NCBI GenBank assembly: GCA_964387845.1 | Contig: CAYLXA010000013.1 | Location: 25,521 to 89,520, forward strand | Direction: 5' to 3' | DNA from: an uncultured bacterium | GTDB taxonomy: Bacteria; Omnitrophota; Omnitrophia; Omnitrophales; Abzuiibacteriaceae | Length of the DNA stretch: 64,000 bases | Shown here: in pieces, positions 35,256 to 45,640 of the stretch | Layout: each line of letters begins with the position of its first letter | Numbering within the stretch: position 1 is the stretch's first letter | Notes under the pieces: generated by a model | Database searches by the model: none | The model's input: the letters and a program-made list of their open reading frames with translations, nothing else | Told to the model about the DNA's origin: nothing | Translations under genes and position numbers: made by a program

Positions 35256-36983
35256 ATGCTCGATAAATTGGTATTGCCTTCAGAAATTAAGAAGTTTGAG
35301 GAGATGGTGATTAAGCTCGAAAAGGGCGAAATCTCATCCGATGAATTCAAAAAATTCCGCCTCAATAATGGTGTCTACGGAATCCGCAATTCTGACGACA
35401 CCCACATGATCCGCATTAAAATCCCGTTCGGCGCTTTGAGTTCCGAACAGCTGGAAGCCATTGCAGATGCGACCGAGAAATACGCGCCGCTGAAGATGGG
35501 GCACGTCACGACCCGTCAATGTATTCAGGTTCACAAGATCAAGCGCGAAGATGTTGCTAAATATTTGGATATCATCGGAAAAGCCGGTGTCACGAGCCGT
35601 GAAGCGTGCGGCAACACAGTTCGAAATGTGACCGCATGTCCCTACGCAGGTGTTTCAAAATCCGAAGCTTTTGACGTGAGGCCCTACGCTGAAGTCATAG
35701 TCGAATATTTTCTGCGCAATCCGCTCAATCAAAATTTACCGCGGAAATTCAAAATCGCACTCGAAGGATGCCCGGAAGATCACGCACGCACGCCGATTCA
35801 TGATTTGGGGCTTGTGGCTGCGATTCGCAAGGTGAACGGAAAAGAAGAGCGCGGCTTTAAAATTTATGCGGGCGGCGGCTTGGGAAGCCACCCGGTCAGC
35901 GCCGTGCTGCTCGAACCTTTCACGCCGATGGAACTCGTTTTGCCGACGTGCGATGCGACGGTCCGCATTTTTGAGCGCCACGGAGACCGCAAGAACCGTT
36001 CACGTGCTCGGATTAAGTTTTTGCTTGAAGATTGGGGCGAAGAAAAATTCCGCAAAGCGATTTTAGATGAGCGGGCTGCTGTTCTTTTCACACGATCGGG
36101 CCTAGCGTATCCTAAATTTGATATTCAGGACGAAAAACCGCCGGTTGTAAAAGAAAAGGCTGAAAAAGTGACATCGCCTGCGTTCGAAAAGTGGCGAAAG
36201 ACCAACGCGGTTGAACAAAAACAAAAAGGTTTTTACTCGGTCGCAATCCGCTGCCCGCTGGGTGATGTGACGGTTTCCCAGATGCGCGATATCGCAAAAA
36301 TCGCGCGCAAATTCTGCGGAGGCAGAATTGTAACTACTATCACACAAAATTTCATATTCGCGTGGGTGCACGAAAATTATCTGGGGTCTGTTTATAAAGA
36401 GCTCGAAAAAATTAATCTCGCATTTGATGGCGCCGAGCGCTTCATTGATGTGACGCGCTGCCCGGGAGCTGACACTTGTAATCTCGCGATTACAAAATCG
36501 CGCGGGCTTGCGCAGGCAGTCGATCAGCTTTTCAATAACGGATTGAGCCCGCTTTCAGATCTCGAGGGAATCGACATTAAAATTTCAGGCTGCCCGAATT
36601 CTTGCGGCCAGCACCATATTGCTTCGATGGGTTTTTACGGAACTGCCCGGAATGTAAACGGAAAACTCGTGCCGCACTATGAATTAATGATCGGCGGCGG
36701 AACGGTAGAGGGAAAAGCCACGTTTGGCGTTGCCACGATCCGGATCCCTGCGCGCAAGACGCCGGATGCCGTCAAACACTTGGCCGGCATTTATCAAAAG
36801 GAAAAAAAGTCGGACGAGACATTTAATCAATTCGCTGCCCGCATCGGAAACGAGCGGATCAAGAAAGAGCTCGAACCGTTTACGCATTTGGAAGCGTATG
36901 ATACCGATCCCGAAAACTATCAGGATTGGACCGACGAAGCACCGTTTAAACTTCAGGTCGGCAAGGGCGAATGTGCAGCTTAA
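35256..36983 (+). CDS. sir: Ferredoxin-dependent sulfite (or nitrite) reductase hemoprotein (siroheme-[4Fe-4S])
   Basis: The 575-aa protein has two NiR/SiR repeats. Cluster-ligand motifs are CPGADTCNLAITKSRG and GCPNSCGQHH. Confidence 0.8.
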   Translation: MLDKLVLPSEIKKFEEMVIKLEKGEISSDEFKKFRLNNGVYGIRNSDDTHMIRIKIPFGALSSEQLEAIADATEKYAPLKMGHVTTRQCIQVHKIKREDVAKYLDIIGKAGVTSREACGNTVRNVTACPYAGVSKSEAFDVRPYAEVIVEYFLRNPLNQNLPRKFKIALEGCPEDHARTPIHDLGLVAAIRKVNGKEERGFKIYAGGGLGSHPVSAVLLEPFTPMELVLPTCDATVRIFERHGDRKNRSRARIKFLLEDWGEEKFRKAILDERAAVLFTRSGLAYPKFDIQDEKPPVVKEKAEKVTSPAFEKWRKTNAVEQKQKGFYSVAIRCPLGDVTVSQMRDIAKIARKFCGGRIVTTITQNFIFAWVHENYLGSVYKELEKINLAFDGAERFIDVTRCPGADTCNLAITKSRGLAQAVDQLFNNGLSPLSDLEGIDIKISGCPNSCGQHHIASMGFYGTARNVNGKLVPHYELMIGGGTVEGKATFGVATIRIPARKTPDAVKHLAGIYQKEKKSDETFNQFAARIGNERIKKELEPFTHLEAYDTDPENYQDWTDEAPFKLQVGKGECAA

Positions 36984-36989
36984 TTTAGT

Positions 36990-37028
36990 GATAAGTTGTA
37001 AGTGGTAAGTGCTAAGTTAACTGCCAAG
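36990..37028. repeat. Family T (TAAGT-heptad) repeat between sir and mec
   Basis: tagtgataagttgtaagtggtaagtgctaagttaa. Confidence 0.6.
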
Positions 37029-37548
37029 CAAGTTCCAAAAAATCTTTCTTCGTAGAATCCCAGCCGAATAATTTCGCACCGCGGGCTTTACCCCTGACTC
37101 GAACGGAGTCAGGGACTGCGTCGGCCGCGAAGCGATCGGCTTCGCTGTCCGCGCTGTCTTTTGTAACGTCGACTACTAAATAATTCACATCAGGCATCAG
37201 AGGGCTGCCATCAAACGTCGCTTGTTTTTTATCTTCGTCCGAAAAATAAGAACCGACATCAACGTGAGAATGATAAATAATCCGGATGACCTCGTCTTTT
37301 GTACGGGCGACTTTTTCGATATTCAAAAGGTCTTTGGGATCTAAAAAGTAGGCAGTTTTGCTTGTTCGCGGAAACTTTTGAGGGTCGCTTGCGTGCATTT
37401 CATCCTGCAAATTCCGGCAGGGAAACGAGTTTTCAAGACTTGCGGGAATCCCTTTTTTGCCGGTAATGATACCGCAACATTCGGAAGGATAGGCTGAAAT
37501 AGCATGGCGATAAACCGCGTCTATGATTCGTTTTTTGATTGTAACCAT
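37012..37548 (-). CDS. mec: JAMM/MPN+ metalloprotease (Mec-like CysO-cysteine peptidase)
   Basis: The JAMM motif IIYHSHVDVGSYFSDED (HxHx7Sx2D) is present, along with a conserved Glu and a Cys-Cys near the N-terminus. Genomic context is next to moeZ and cysM. Confidence 0.75.
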   Translation of the reverse strand: MVTIKKRIIDAVYRHAISAYPSECCGIITGKKGIPASLENSFPCRNLQDEMHASDPQKFPRTSKTAYFLDPKDLLNIEKVARTKDEVIRIIYHSHVDVGSYFSDEDKKQATFDGSPLMPDVNYLVVDVTKDSADSEADRFAADAVPDSVRVRGKARGAKLFGWDSTKKDFLELAWQLT

Positions 37549-37585
37549 AGTTGTAAGTGGTAAGCGCTAAGTGTTAAGTAAAAGG
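37549..37585. repeat. Family T repeat upstream-flanking the four-helix-bundle gene
   Basis: accatagttgtaagtggtaagcgctaagtgttaagt. It is in inverted orientation relative to the copy at 37975..38012. Confidence 0.6.
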
Positions 37586-37935
37586 GATTTTTGAAAACCG
37601 CAAAGCATTCTTCCGACCTCATCACAATTTTCTGAAATTAGTTCAAACTTTTCATGACTAATATAAGCCAAATCAAAGCCTAATAACAGATGATATTTAG
37701 TTTCTTCTAGAGAGCTATCAGCTAAGTTTAGAAAATGCAGAAATTCTTTCCTGCTTTTTCTCTTTTGTCCTTCTACGATGTTTGTAGAAATGGAAGCGGC
37801 AGCTCTGCGTAATTGACTAGATAATCCGAATTTTTCGTCTGACGGGAAGCTTTTAGTAATTTTATAAACTTCCAAAACCAATCGATGAGCTTTTTGCCAG
37901 ACTTTTAAATCACGAAATGTACTAATTTTATTCAT
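37567..37935 (-). CDS. Four-helix-bundle protein (the family often found in 23S rRNA intervening sequences)
   Basis: The 122-aa protein reads MNKISTFRDLKVWQKAHRLVLEVYKITKSFPSDEKFGLSSQLRRAAASISTNIVEG, the characteristic signature of that family. A strong RBS AGGAGGG is present. Inverted family T repeats flank the gene. Confidence 0.8.
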   Translation of the reverse strand: MNKISTFRDLKVWQKAHRLVLEVYKITKSFPSDEKFGLSSQLRRAAASISTNIVEGQKRKSRKEFLHFLNLADSSLEETKYHLLLGFDLAYISHEKFELISENCDEVGRMLCGFQKSLLLNT

Positions 37936-37974
37936 AAACCCTCCTTGAATTAATATGATTATTTAATTCGTGGA

Positions 37975-38012
37975 GGGAAAAACTTATCACTTACAACTTA
38001 CCACTTAAAACT
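37975..38012. repeat. Family T repeat in inverted orientation, downstream flank of the four-helix-bundle gene
   Basis: acttatcacttacaacttaccacttaaaacttag, which is the reverse complement of the TAAGT-heptad unit. Confidence 0.6.
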
Positions 38013-39184
38013 TAGTACCTTGCCATGCTCGGATCAACGCGCTCAGCCCACACATCGATTCCGCCGGTCAGGTTTTTCAACTTCTTAAACCCGCGCGATT
38101 GAAGGATTTGCAGCGCTTTCATGCTGCGCCCTCCGTGATGGCATTGCAGCACAATCTCTTTTGAGGGATCAAGCTCTCCGGTTCGATTTTGAATTTCACC
38201 CAGCGGAATGAGTTTTGAACCTTCAATGTGGCAAATGTCGTATTCAAACGGCTCGCGAACATCAATCAAAACCACTTCTTTCCTGTCGAGTCTCTTTTTG
38301 AGTTCTTCAACCGTGATTTCAATCGAATCGCCTTTTCCTTTTGCTGCATCTTCACCGACAGATTCCTGGCCGATCCGCAGGCCGCAAAATTGTTCGTAAT
38401 CGATTAATTTTTTAATCGTCGGATTTTTTCCGCAGATGGGGCACTCCGGATCTTTTCTTAGTTTCAATTCGTGAAAGCGCATCTTGAGCGCGTTAAATGT
38501 GAGAAGCCTTCCGATGAGCGGAGTGCCTTGGCCCGTGATGAGTTTTACGGTTTCGGTGGCTTGAATCACACCGACAACGCCGGGAAGAATTCCCAAAACT
38601 CCGCCTTCTGCGCAGCTCGGGACCATTCCGGGCGGCGGCGGTTCGGGATAAAGGCAGCGATAACAGGGCCCGCGTGTTGAATCAAAAACGGAAGCCTGGC
38701 CTTCAAATCGGAAAATACTGCCGTAAGCGTTTGGTTTGCCGAGCAAAACGCAGGCATCGTTTACGAGATAACGCGTCGGAAAATTATCGGTTCCGTCTGC
38801 GACGATGTCGTATTGTTTGATGATTTCCATCGCGTTCGAGGAATCCAGTTTGGTTTCGTGCTCGATCACATTGACGTTCGGATTAATCTCGCGAAGCCGA
38901 GCTGCAGCCGTACCGACTTTGGATTTTCCGATATCTTTGGTGCCGAACAAAACCTGGCGCTGCAAATTGGTGTGATCGACGACGTCAAAATCAATCAGCC
39001 CGAGCGTTCCGATGCCGGCGGCTGCGAGATATAAGGAAAGCGGGGAGCCAAGGCCGCCCGTGCCGACACACAGGACTTTTGCGGCTTTTAGCTTTTTTTG
39101 CCCTTCGACGCCGATTTCAGGCAATATCAGATGGCGTGAGTAGCGCTTCAGCTCTTCAGTTGATAGATTTACTTCTTTTCCCAT
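38012..39184 (-). CDS. moeZ: Sulfur-carrier-protein adenylyltransferase/sulfurtransferase (MoeZ/MoeB-type E1 with a C-terminal rhodanese domain)
   Basis: It has a ThiF/MoeB Rossmann fold (VLCVGTGGLGSP), a CxxC pair and a rhodanese domain with the active-site motif CHHGGRS. Confidence 0.85.
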   Translation of the reverse strand: MGKEVNLSTEELKRYSRHLILPEIGVEGQKKLKAAKVLCVGTGGLGSPLSLYLAAAGIGTLGLIDFDVVDHTNLQRQVLFGTKDIGKSKVGTAAARLREINPNVNVIEHETKLDSSNAMEIIKQYDIVADGTDNFPTRYLVNDACVLLGKPNAYGSIFRFEGQASVFDSTRGPCYRCLYPEPPPPGMVPSCAEGGVLGILPGVVGVIQATETVKLITGQGTPLIGRLLTFNALKMRFHELKLRKDPECPICGKNPTIKKLIDYEQFCGLRIGQESVGEDAAKGKGDSIEITVEELKKRLDRKEVVLIDVREPFEYDICHIEGSKLIPLGEIQNRTGELDPSKEIVLQCHHGGRSMKALQILQSRGFKKLKNLTGGIDVWAERVDPSMARY

Positions 39185-40094
39185 TGTTTTTGTCCTTTAA
39201 TTCCCAGAAGGAGTCGTTCATATAGCGATCGCCGCCGTCAGGGAAAACAGTCACGATTTTACCAGATTTAATTTTTTGAGCAAGTTTGAGCGCAGCGCAC
39301 ATGGCCGCACCGGCTGAAACACCTGCAAAAAGCCCTTCTTCACTAGCCAGCCGAATTGTCATTTCGTATGCGTCTTCGGTTGCGACATCAATGATTTCAT
39401 CAGGCTGTTTCGGGTCATAAATCCCGGGATTTAAGTTGGTCTGCATGTGTTTCCAGCCCTCAAGGCCGTGGAAAGTCGAGTCCGGCTGAGCGGCGATCGC
39501 TCGAATCTTGGAATTTATTTTCTTTAAGTACCGGCTCGTTCCCATAAAAGTTCCGCTGGTGCCCATGCCGGCCACAAAATGCGTCACTTCGCCGTTCGTT
39601 TGTTTCCAAATTTCAGGCCCCGTCGTTTCGAAATGTGCCTTCCAATTTTCATCATTATTGTATTGATCCGGAAAGAAGTATTTATCCGGATTGGATCTAT
39701 AAGTCTCCTGGCATTTTTCAATTGCACCATCAGAACCTTTCAAAGGGTCGCTGAAGATCAACTCAGCGCCGTAGGCCGTGATCATTACTTTTCGCTCATG
39801 GCAGATATTTTTCGGTACGACGAGATTGACTTTGTAACCTTTACGCGCACCGATCATTGCGTAGGCGATTCCGGTATTTCCGGAGGTTGCGTCGAGAATT
39901 ACTTTGCCTGGTTTTAATTTTCCGGATTTTTCACCCATCGCAATCATGCGTGACGCAGCGCGGTCTTTCACGGATCCGCCGGGATTAAACCACTCAAGCT
40001 TCGCAAAAATCCGGGCCGGAGAGACGGATTTTGTGATTTTTTTGATTTCTACGAGCGGCGTATTGCCTATTTTTGATAAAAGATCATCCAACAT
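39156..40094 (-). CDS. cysM: Cysteine synthase (PLP-dependent; CysM/CysK family)
   Basis: It has the PLP-lysine region NPGGSVKDRAA, a GTSGTF glycine loop and the motif SAGAA. Confidence 0.85.
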   Translation of the reverse strand: MLDDLLSKIGNTPLVEIKKITKSVSPARIFAKLEWFNPGGSVKDRAASRMIAMGEKSGKLKPGKVILDATSGNTGIAYAMIGARKGYKVNLVVPKNICHERKVMITAYGAELIFSDPLKGSDGAIEKCQETYRSNPDKYFFPDQYNNDENWKAHFETTGPEIWKQTNGEVTHFVAGMGTSGTFMGTSRYLKKINSKIRAIAAQPDSTFHGLEGWKHMQTNLNPGIYDPKQPDEIIDVATEDAYEMTIRLASEEGLFAGVSAGAAMCAALKLAQKIKSGKIVTVFPDGGDRYMNDSFWELKDKNNGKRSKSIN

Positions 40095-40153
40095 AGCTCG
40101 CCATTGTATAAAACCAAACGCGGAAAGTAAAGGAATGCGCCAAATCGAGATGG

Positions 40154-40182
40154 TTGAATCTGCGGAACCGTCAGGATATAAT
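40154..40182 (+). promoter_or_regulatory. Near-consensus sigma70 promoter reading into the lipoprotein-like gene
   Basis: TTGAAT (40154..40159), a 17-nt spacer, then TATAAT (40177..40182). The predicted TSS is only ~5 nt before the ATG at 40194, so the mRNA would be nearly leaderless. Confidence 0.5.
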
Positions 40183-40193
40183 GCGCCACTTCC

Positions 40194-40883
40194 ATGAAGA
40201 AATCAGCGGGATTTTTTTATCTGTTATTTGTGTATATTTTTGCGGCTCTTGTGATTTTGCCGGCTGCCTTCGCGGAAGAATCCGTGAAAGACGATGCGAA
40301 AAAAAAGGAAGAGCCGCCGAAAAAAGTAATCGGTTTCATTCCGATTCAAAAAACATTTCCATATCCGGTTTATTTGTCAACCGAGCCGAATGCTTTTGAT
40401 GTTATCAAGCGTTTATTTCAGGACAAACGGCTTAATTTACAAAAGCAGGTTGACTACGATCCGCGTTATGTGCCGGCGCTGCTCGAGGAATTGATTTCCG
40501 AGAAGCTTTTCGACAGCGGTTATTTGGTGTATACGCCGGAGCAAATCGAGCCGCATTTTGAACAGCTGACGCTTTTTAAAGAAGAGTTTCCGATTGAACA
40601 ATTGAAAGAATATTTTGATGCCGGCGCATTTTTGAACGTGACACTCACGGAATGGAACGCCGATGATTTTGATAAGAAAGGCACTCTTAGAGTTGGTTTC
40701 CAAGCGGTTTTGGTGGACGTACAAACGAAGAACGTGGTATGGTCTAGCCAGGCTGCCGGCATGAAAATCAAAACGCCGTCGGATGATTTTCTTTATTCTA
40801 AATATCAGCGCGATGTATTAAATGATTTAGCCAAACGGATTCTCAAAGGTTTTCCGAAAAACGACTGGATTGTCAATTCATGA
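40194..40883 (+). CDS. Hypothetical secreted protein with a signal peptide
   Basis: The 229-aa protein has an N-terminal hydrophobic signal (FFYLLFVYIFAALVILPAAFA) and then a charged region. I recognise no family. Confidence 0.5.
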   Translation: MKKSAGFFYLLFVYIFAALVILPAAFAEESVKDDAKKKEEPPKKVIGFIPIQKTFPYPVYLSTEPNAFDVIKRLFQDKRLNLQKQVDYDPRYVPALLEELISEKLFDSGYLVYTPEQIEPHFEQLTLFKEEFPIEQLKEYFDAGAFLNVTLTEWNADDFDKKGTLRVGFQAVLVDVQTKNVVWSSQAAGMKIKTPSDDFLYSKYQRDVLNDLAKRILKGFPKNDWIVNS

Positions 40884-41758
40884 AAACACTTTCGCCCGCC
40901 AAAGAAAAAGCCATGCTGAAATCCTTGCTCAAAAATCGAAGCAGAGAATTTGTAAAAAACATCGGCCTTGTTCAGAAGGGCAAAATAGAAAAAGCTTTCG
41001 AACCGGCGCTTTGGGCATGCCGCGGCCTTCAGGGTTTCAACGGAGTGTTTACTTCTTACTTTGCGAATCCGGTTTCCGCAGAAGTGTCCGGCGCGGTCGA
41101 TCAGGCCGAAGCTTTGCTCGAAAAAATAAAAATTCACCGCGCATTTCGTTATTTGACCAACAAACTCTCGAAAGCAAGCGCCAAAGAAAAAATCTCGGGA
41201 TTTTCCCAGCTTGTGGCGGATATTCAAAATGACGCGGACAAAAACATCAAAAAATTGTCGGCCGAAGTGAAGTACGTTAAAACTAAGAAGGCCGCCAAGC
41301 TTTCGGATCAGCTTCAGTCGAATTGTGCGGGCGTTGTACCGCATTTAATGAAAGCGCTCAACCGTGACCGCAAGGAATTGTTTGATCAAGTAGTGCGGAT
41401 GATTCAAACCTCTCGGCGCGAAGAGTTGGATGAGCTCTGGCTTGAAGTCGGGCGGTTTTGCGCGATTTTAGAACTCGCTGTGGAATCGGGATTTCAAAAA
41501 GGAAAGCGCCTTTTGCAAACACTCGAAGTGCTCCATAAACGCCTCGAAGAGGTTCGTATTGAGGAGTTATTCCGCAGGTATATAGAAGAGCTGGAAAAAG
41601 AGCGTGAAAGACATCACGAAACCGTCCGCGATGTCCAGCTGATTCGCATTCTTAAGATTCAGCTCGGTATTTCTCAAGCGGCCGCGATCCAAAATTTACA
41701 TTCTCAACTTCCTCCGTCACTTCAACTCCTAAAACGCCCTCTCAACTGGACGTTTTAA
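40880..41758 (+). CDS. Hypothetical alpha-helical protein
   Basis: The 292-aa ORF overlaps the upstream gene by 4 nt and has coiled-coil-like composition. I recognise no family. Confidence 0.45.
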   Translation: MKTLSPAKEKAMLKSLLKNRSREFVKNIGLVQKGKIEKAFEPALWACRGLQGFNGVFTSYFANPVSAEVSGAVDQAEALLEKIKIHRAFRYLTNKLSKASAKEKISGFSQLVADIQNDADKNIKKLSAEVKYVKTKKAAKLSDQLQSNCAGVVPHLMKALNRDRKELFDQVVRMIQTSRREELDELWLEVGRFCAILELAVESGFQKGKRLLQTLEVLHKRLEEVRIEELFRRYIEELEKERERHHETVRDVQLIRILKIQLGISQAAAIQNLHSQLPPSLQLLKRPLNWTF

Positions 41759-42024
41759 CCCCTAAAAAGCCTCGTAGACAAAACCGCGAAGTTTTAGTAC
41801 ACTCACTCAGAGTAACCATGACTTTCATTTAAGCAGTAAAGGCGTTTATCTATGGAAAGTCATGATAATCCCAACGCTTTTTGTTAATGGAATATTTATA
41901 ATTCTAATGATGCGTTGGGACAACCCAAATTCCTGCCAAACCGGTATAAATCCCTCAAAATTGGCTAGGGAGGGTGTTTAGCATTCATATATGATAAAAG
42001 CAGTCAGAATTTTTCAAGCTATAA

Positions 42025-43428
<1,404 letters not shown>

Positions 43429-44361
43429 ATGAGCAGCAGAATTTATAACTCCATCGAAGAAGAAATTGCGGCGCTGAAAAAAGAGCGAAACGCGATTATT
43501 CTGGCGCACAATTATCAAGTCGGCGAAATCCAGGACATCGCGGATTTCACGGGTGATTCGCTTAAACTTTCTCAGCAAGCGGCCAAAACGGATGCGGATG
43601 TTATTGTTTTTTGCGGCGTTCATTTTATGGCTGAGACTGCGAGTATTTTATCGCCCAACAAAAAAGTTCTGATCCCTGATATGGACGCCGGATGTTCACT
43701 TTCCGGAATGATTAAGCCCGAAGACGTTCGCAAATGGAAAGAAGCACATCCCAATGGTGTGGTTGTGACTTATGTCAATACCTCCGCGCAAGTCAAAGCC
43801 GAGTCTGACTATTGCTGCACGTCCTCCAATGCTGTGAAAGTGGTTGAAAGCATTCCGCGCGATAAAGAAATTCTGTTCGTTCCTGATTTTTATTTGGGAT
43901 CTTACGTTAAAAAGCAAACCGGCCGCACCAACATGACGGTTTGGAACGGTTATTGCCACGTTCACGTGATGATCAGCTCCCAAAAAATCGATGAAATGCG
44001 CCACGAACATCCGAAGGCGGAAGTTTTGATGCATCCGGAATGCAGCTGCATGACGAAAGTGATGGATAAAGCGGATCAAGTTTTATCAACGGAAGGCATG
44101 GTGAAGCATGTCCGTGATTCCAAGAAAAACGAATTTGTGATTGCGACTGAAACGGGCGTTATTCACAAAATGGAAAAAGAAAATCCCGGCAAAAAGTTTT
44201 ATCCGGCGGTTCAGCAGGCCGTTTGCGGTTACATGAAGCTCAACACGCTTGAGAAAATTGTACGCACACTTGAGAAATTGCAGTACGAAGTAAAAGTCCC
44301 GGAAGATATTGCGCGCCGAGCGCGTATTCCGATCGAAAGGATGCTTCAAATAGTTCCATAA
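43429..44361 (+). CDS. nadA: Quinolinate synthase
   Basis: The 310-aa NadA fold has three repeats. It starts directly at the thiC stop. Confidence 0.9.
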   Translation: MSSRIYNSIEEEIAALKKERNAIILAHNYQVGEIQDIADFTGDSLKLSQQAAKTDADVIVFCGVHFMAETASILSPNKKVLIPDMDAGCSLSGMIKPEDVRKWKEAHPNGVVVTYVNTSAQVKAESDYCCTSSNAVKVVESIPRDKEILFVPDFYLGSYVKKQTGRTNMTVWNGYCHVHVMISSQKIDEMRHEHPKAEVLMHPECSCMTKVMDKADQVLSTEGMVKHVRDSKKNEFVIATETGVIHKMEKENPGKKFYPAVQQAVCGYMKLNTLEKIVRTLEKLQYEVKVPEDIARRARIPIERMLQIVP

Positions 44362-44468
44362 ACTTAAATTCAAATATCAAATTTCAAATATCAAAATTTC
44401 GCTTGTTTCGAATTTTAAATTTTTGTGATTTGAATTTGTTTTTAATTTTGAAATTTGGATTTTGATAT
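44362..44468. repeat. AT-rich ~100-bp imperfect-palindrome repeat (family F), copy 1, upstream of ispG
   Basis: caaatatcaaatttcaaatatcaaaatttcgcttgtttcgaattttaaatttttgtgatttgaatttgtttttaattttgaaatttggattttgatatt. It is ~90% identical to the copy at 45535..45640. Confidence 0.7.
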
Positions 44469-45534
44469 TATGAATAAACGACGCAAATCCAGACAAGTTA
44501 CGATCGGCGGTTTAACGCTTGGCGGCAATGCCCCGATCCGAATTCAATCCATGACCACCACGCACACGCGCGATGTGGCCGCAACGGTGAAACAAATCAA
44601 TGAACTTGCTGAAGCCGGCTGCGAAATGGTCCGCGTCGCATGTCCCACGGAAGAAGATGCCAAATCACTTGGCGCTATCAAGAAGCAAATCAAAGTTCCG
44701 CTCATTGCAGATATTCATTTTAATTATAAACTCGCGTTAATTGCGCTTGAAGAAGGTGTTGATAAATTGCGCCTGAACCCGGGCAACATCGGCGGCCGAG
44801 ACCGCGTTGAAGCAGTTGTCGCAAAAGCCAAAGAGCGCAAAGTGCCGATCCGGATCGGCGTCAATGGCGGTTCGCTCGAGAAAGATTTGATGGAAAAATA
44901 TGGGCCGGTTCCGCAAGCGATTGTGGAAAGCGCGCTTCGCCACATCAAAATTTTAGAAGACGTTGATTTTCACGACATCATCGTATCGCTCAAAGCGAGC
45001 GATGTTCCGACGATGATTGAGAGTTACCGTCTGGCGGCCAAAGCATTTGATTATCCGCTTCATTTAGGTGTTACGGAAGCCGGAACATTACTTCGCGGCT
45101 CGGTCTATAACGCGATCGGCGTCGGAAGTTTGCTCTATGACGGTATCGGCGACACCATTCGAATTTCTCTCACGGCGGAATCTGTGGAAGAAGTGAAAGT
45201 TGCGCGTTTTATATTGGAAGCCATCGGCCACCGGAAATTCGGACCGCGCGTGATTGCGTGCCCGAGCTGCGGCCGTGCGGAAGTCGATGTCTTTAAACTC
45301 GCGAATGAAGTCGAAAACCGTGCGATGAAATTGAAAGACCCGATGGTGATTTCCGTTTTAGGCTGTGTCGTCAACGGCCCCGGCGAAGCGCACGAATCTG
45401 ATTTCGGCATCACGGGCGGGAAAGACAAAGGCATGGTTTATATTGATGGTCAGCAGCACAAAACAGTTCCCGAAGAAAAGTTGGTCGATGAACTTTTTAA
45501 CGAAATCGAAAAGAGAAAGAAAAAGCAACCGTAA
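44455..45534 (+). CDS. ispG: 4-hydroxy-3-methylbut-2-en-1-yl diphosphate synthase (MEP pathway)
   Basis: The 359-aa GcpE protein starts QVTIGGLTLGGNAPIRIQSMT and has the C-terminal Cys triad CPSCGR...GCVVNGPGE. Confidence 0.9.
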   Translation: MDFDIMNKRRKSRQVTIGGLTLGGNAPIRIQSMTTTHTRDVAATVKQINELAEAGCEMVRVACPTEEDAKSLGAIKKQIKVPLIADIHFNYKLALIALEEGVDKLRLNPGNIGGRDRVEAVVAKAKERKVPIRIGVNGGSLEKDLMEKYGPVPQAIVESALRHIKILEDVDFHDIIVSLKASDVPTMIESYRLAAKAFDYPLHLGVTEAGTLLRGSVYNAIGVGSLLYDGIGDTIRISLTAESVEEVKVARFILEAIGHRKFGPRVIACPSCGRAEVDVFKLANEVENRAMKLKDPMVISVLGCVVNGPGEAHESDFGITGGKDKGMVYIDGQQHKTVPEEKLVDELFNEIEKRKKKQP

Positions 45535-45640
45535 TATCAAAATTCAAATTTCAAATATCAAAATTTCGTTCGTTTCGAATTTTAAATTTTATAATTTGAA
45601 TTTGTTTTGAATTTTGATACTTGAGTTTTGAATTTATAAA
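45535..45640. repeat. AT-rich ~100-bp imperfect-palindrome repeat (family F), copy 2, downstream of ispG
   Basis: tatcaaaattcaaatttcaaatatcaaaatttcgttcgtttcgaattttaaattttataatttgaatttgttttgaattttgatacttgagttttgaattt. Confidence 0.7.

Noticed and set aside
40154-40399. 81-aa plus-strand ORF (MNLRNRQDIMRHF...) overlapping the start of the secreted-protein gene
   Set aside because: It is an alternative frame with odd Cys/Arg-rich composition. The signal-peptide-bearing frame at 40194 is the coherent gene.
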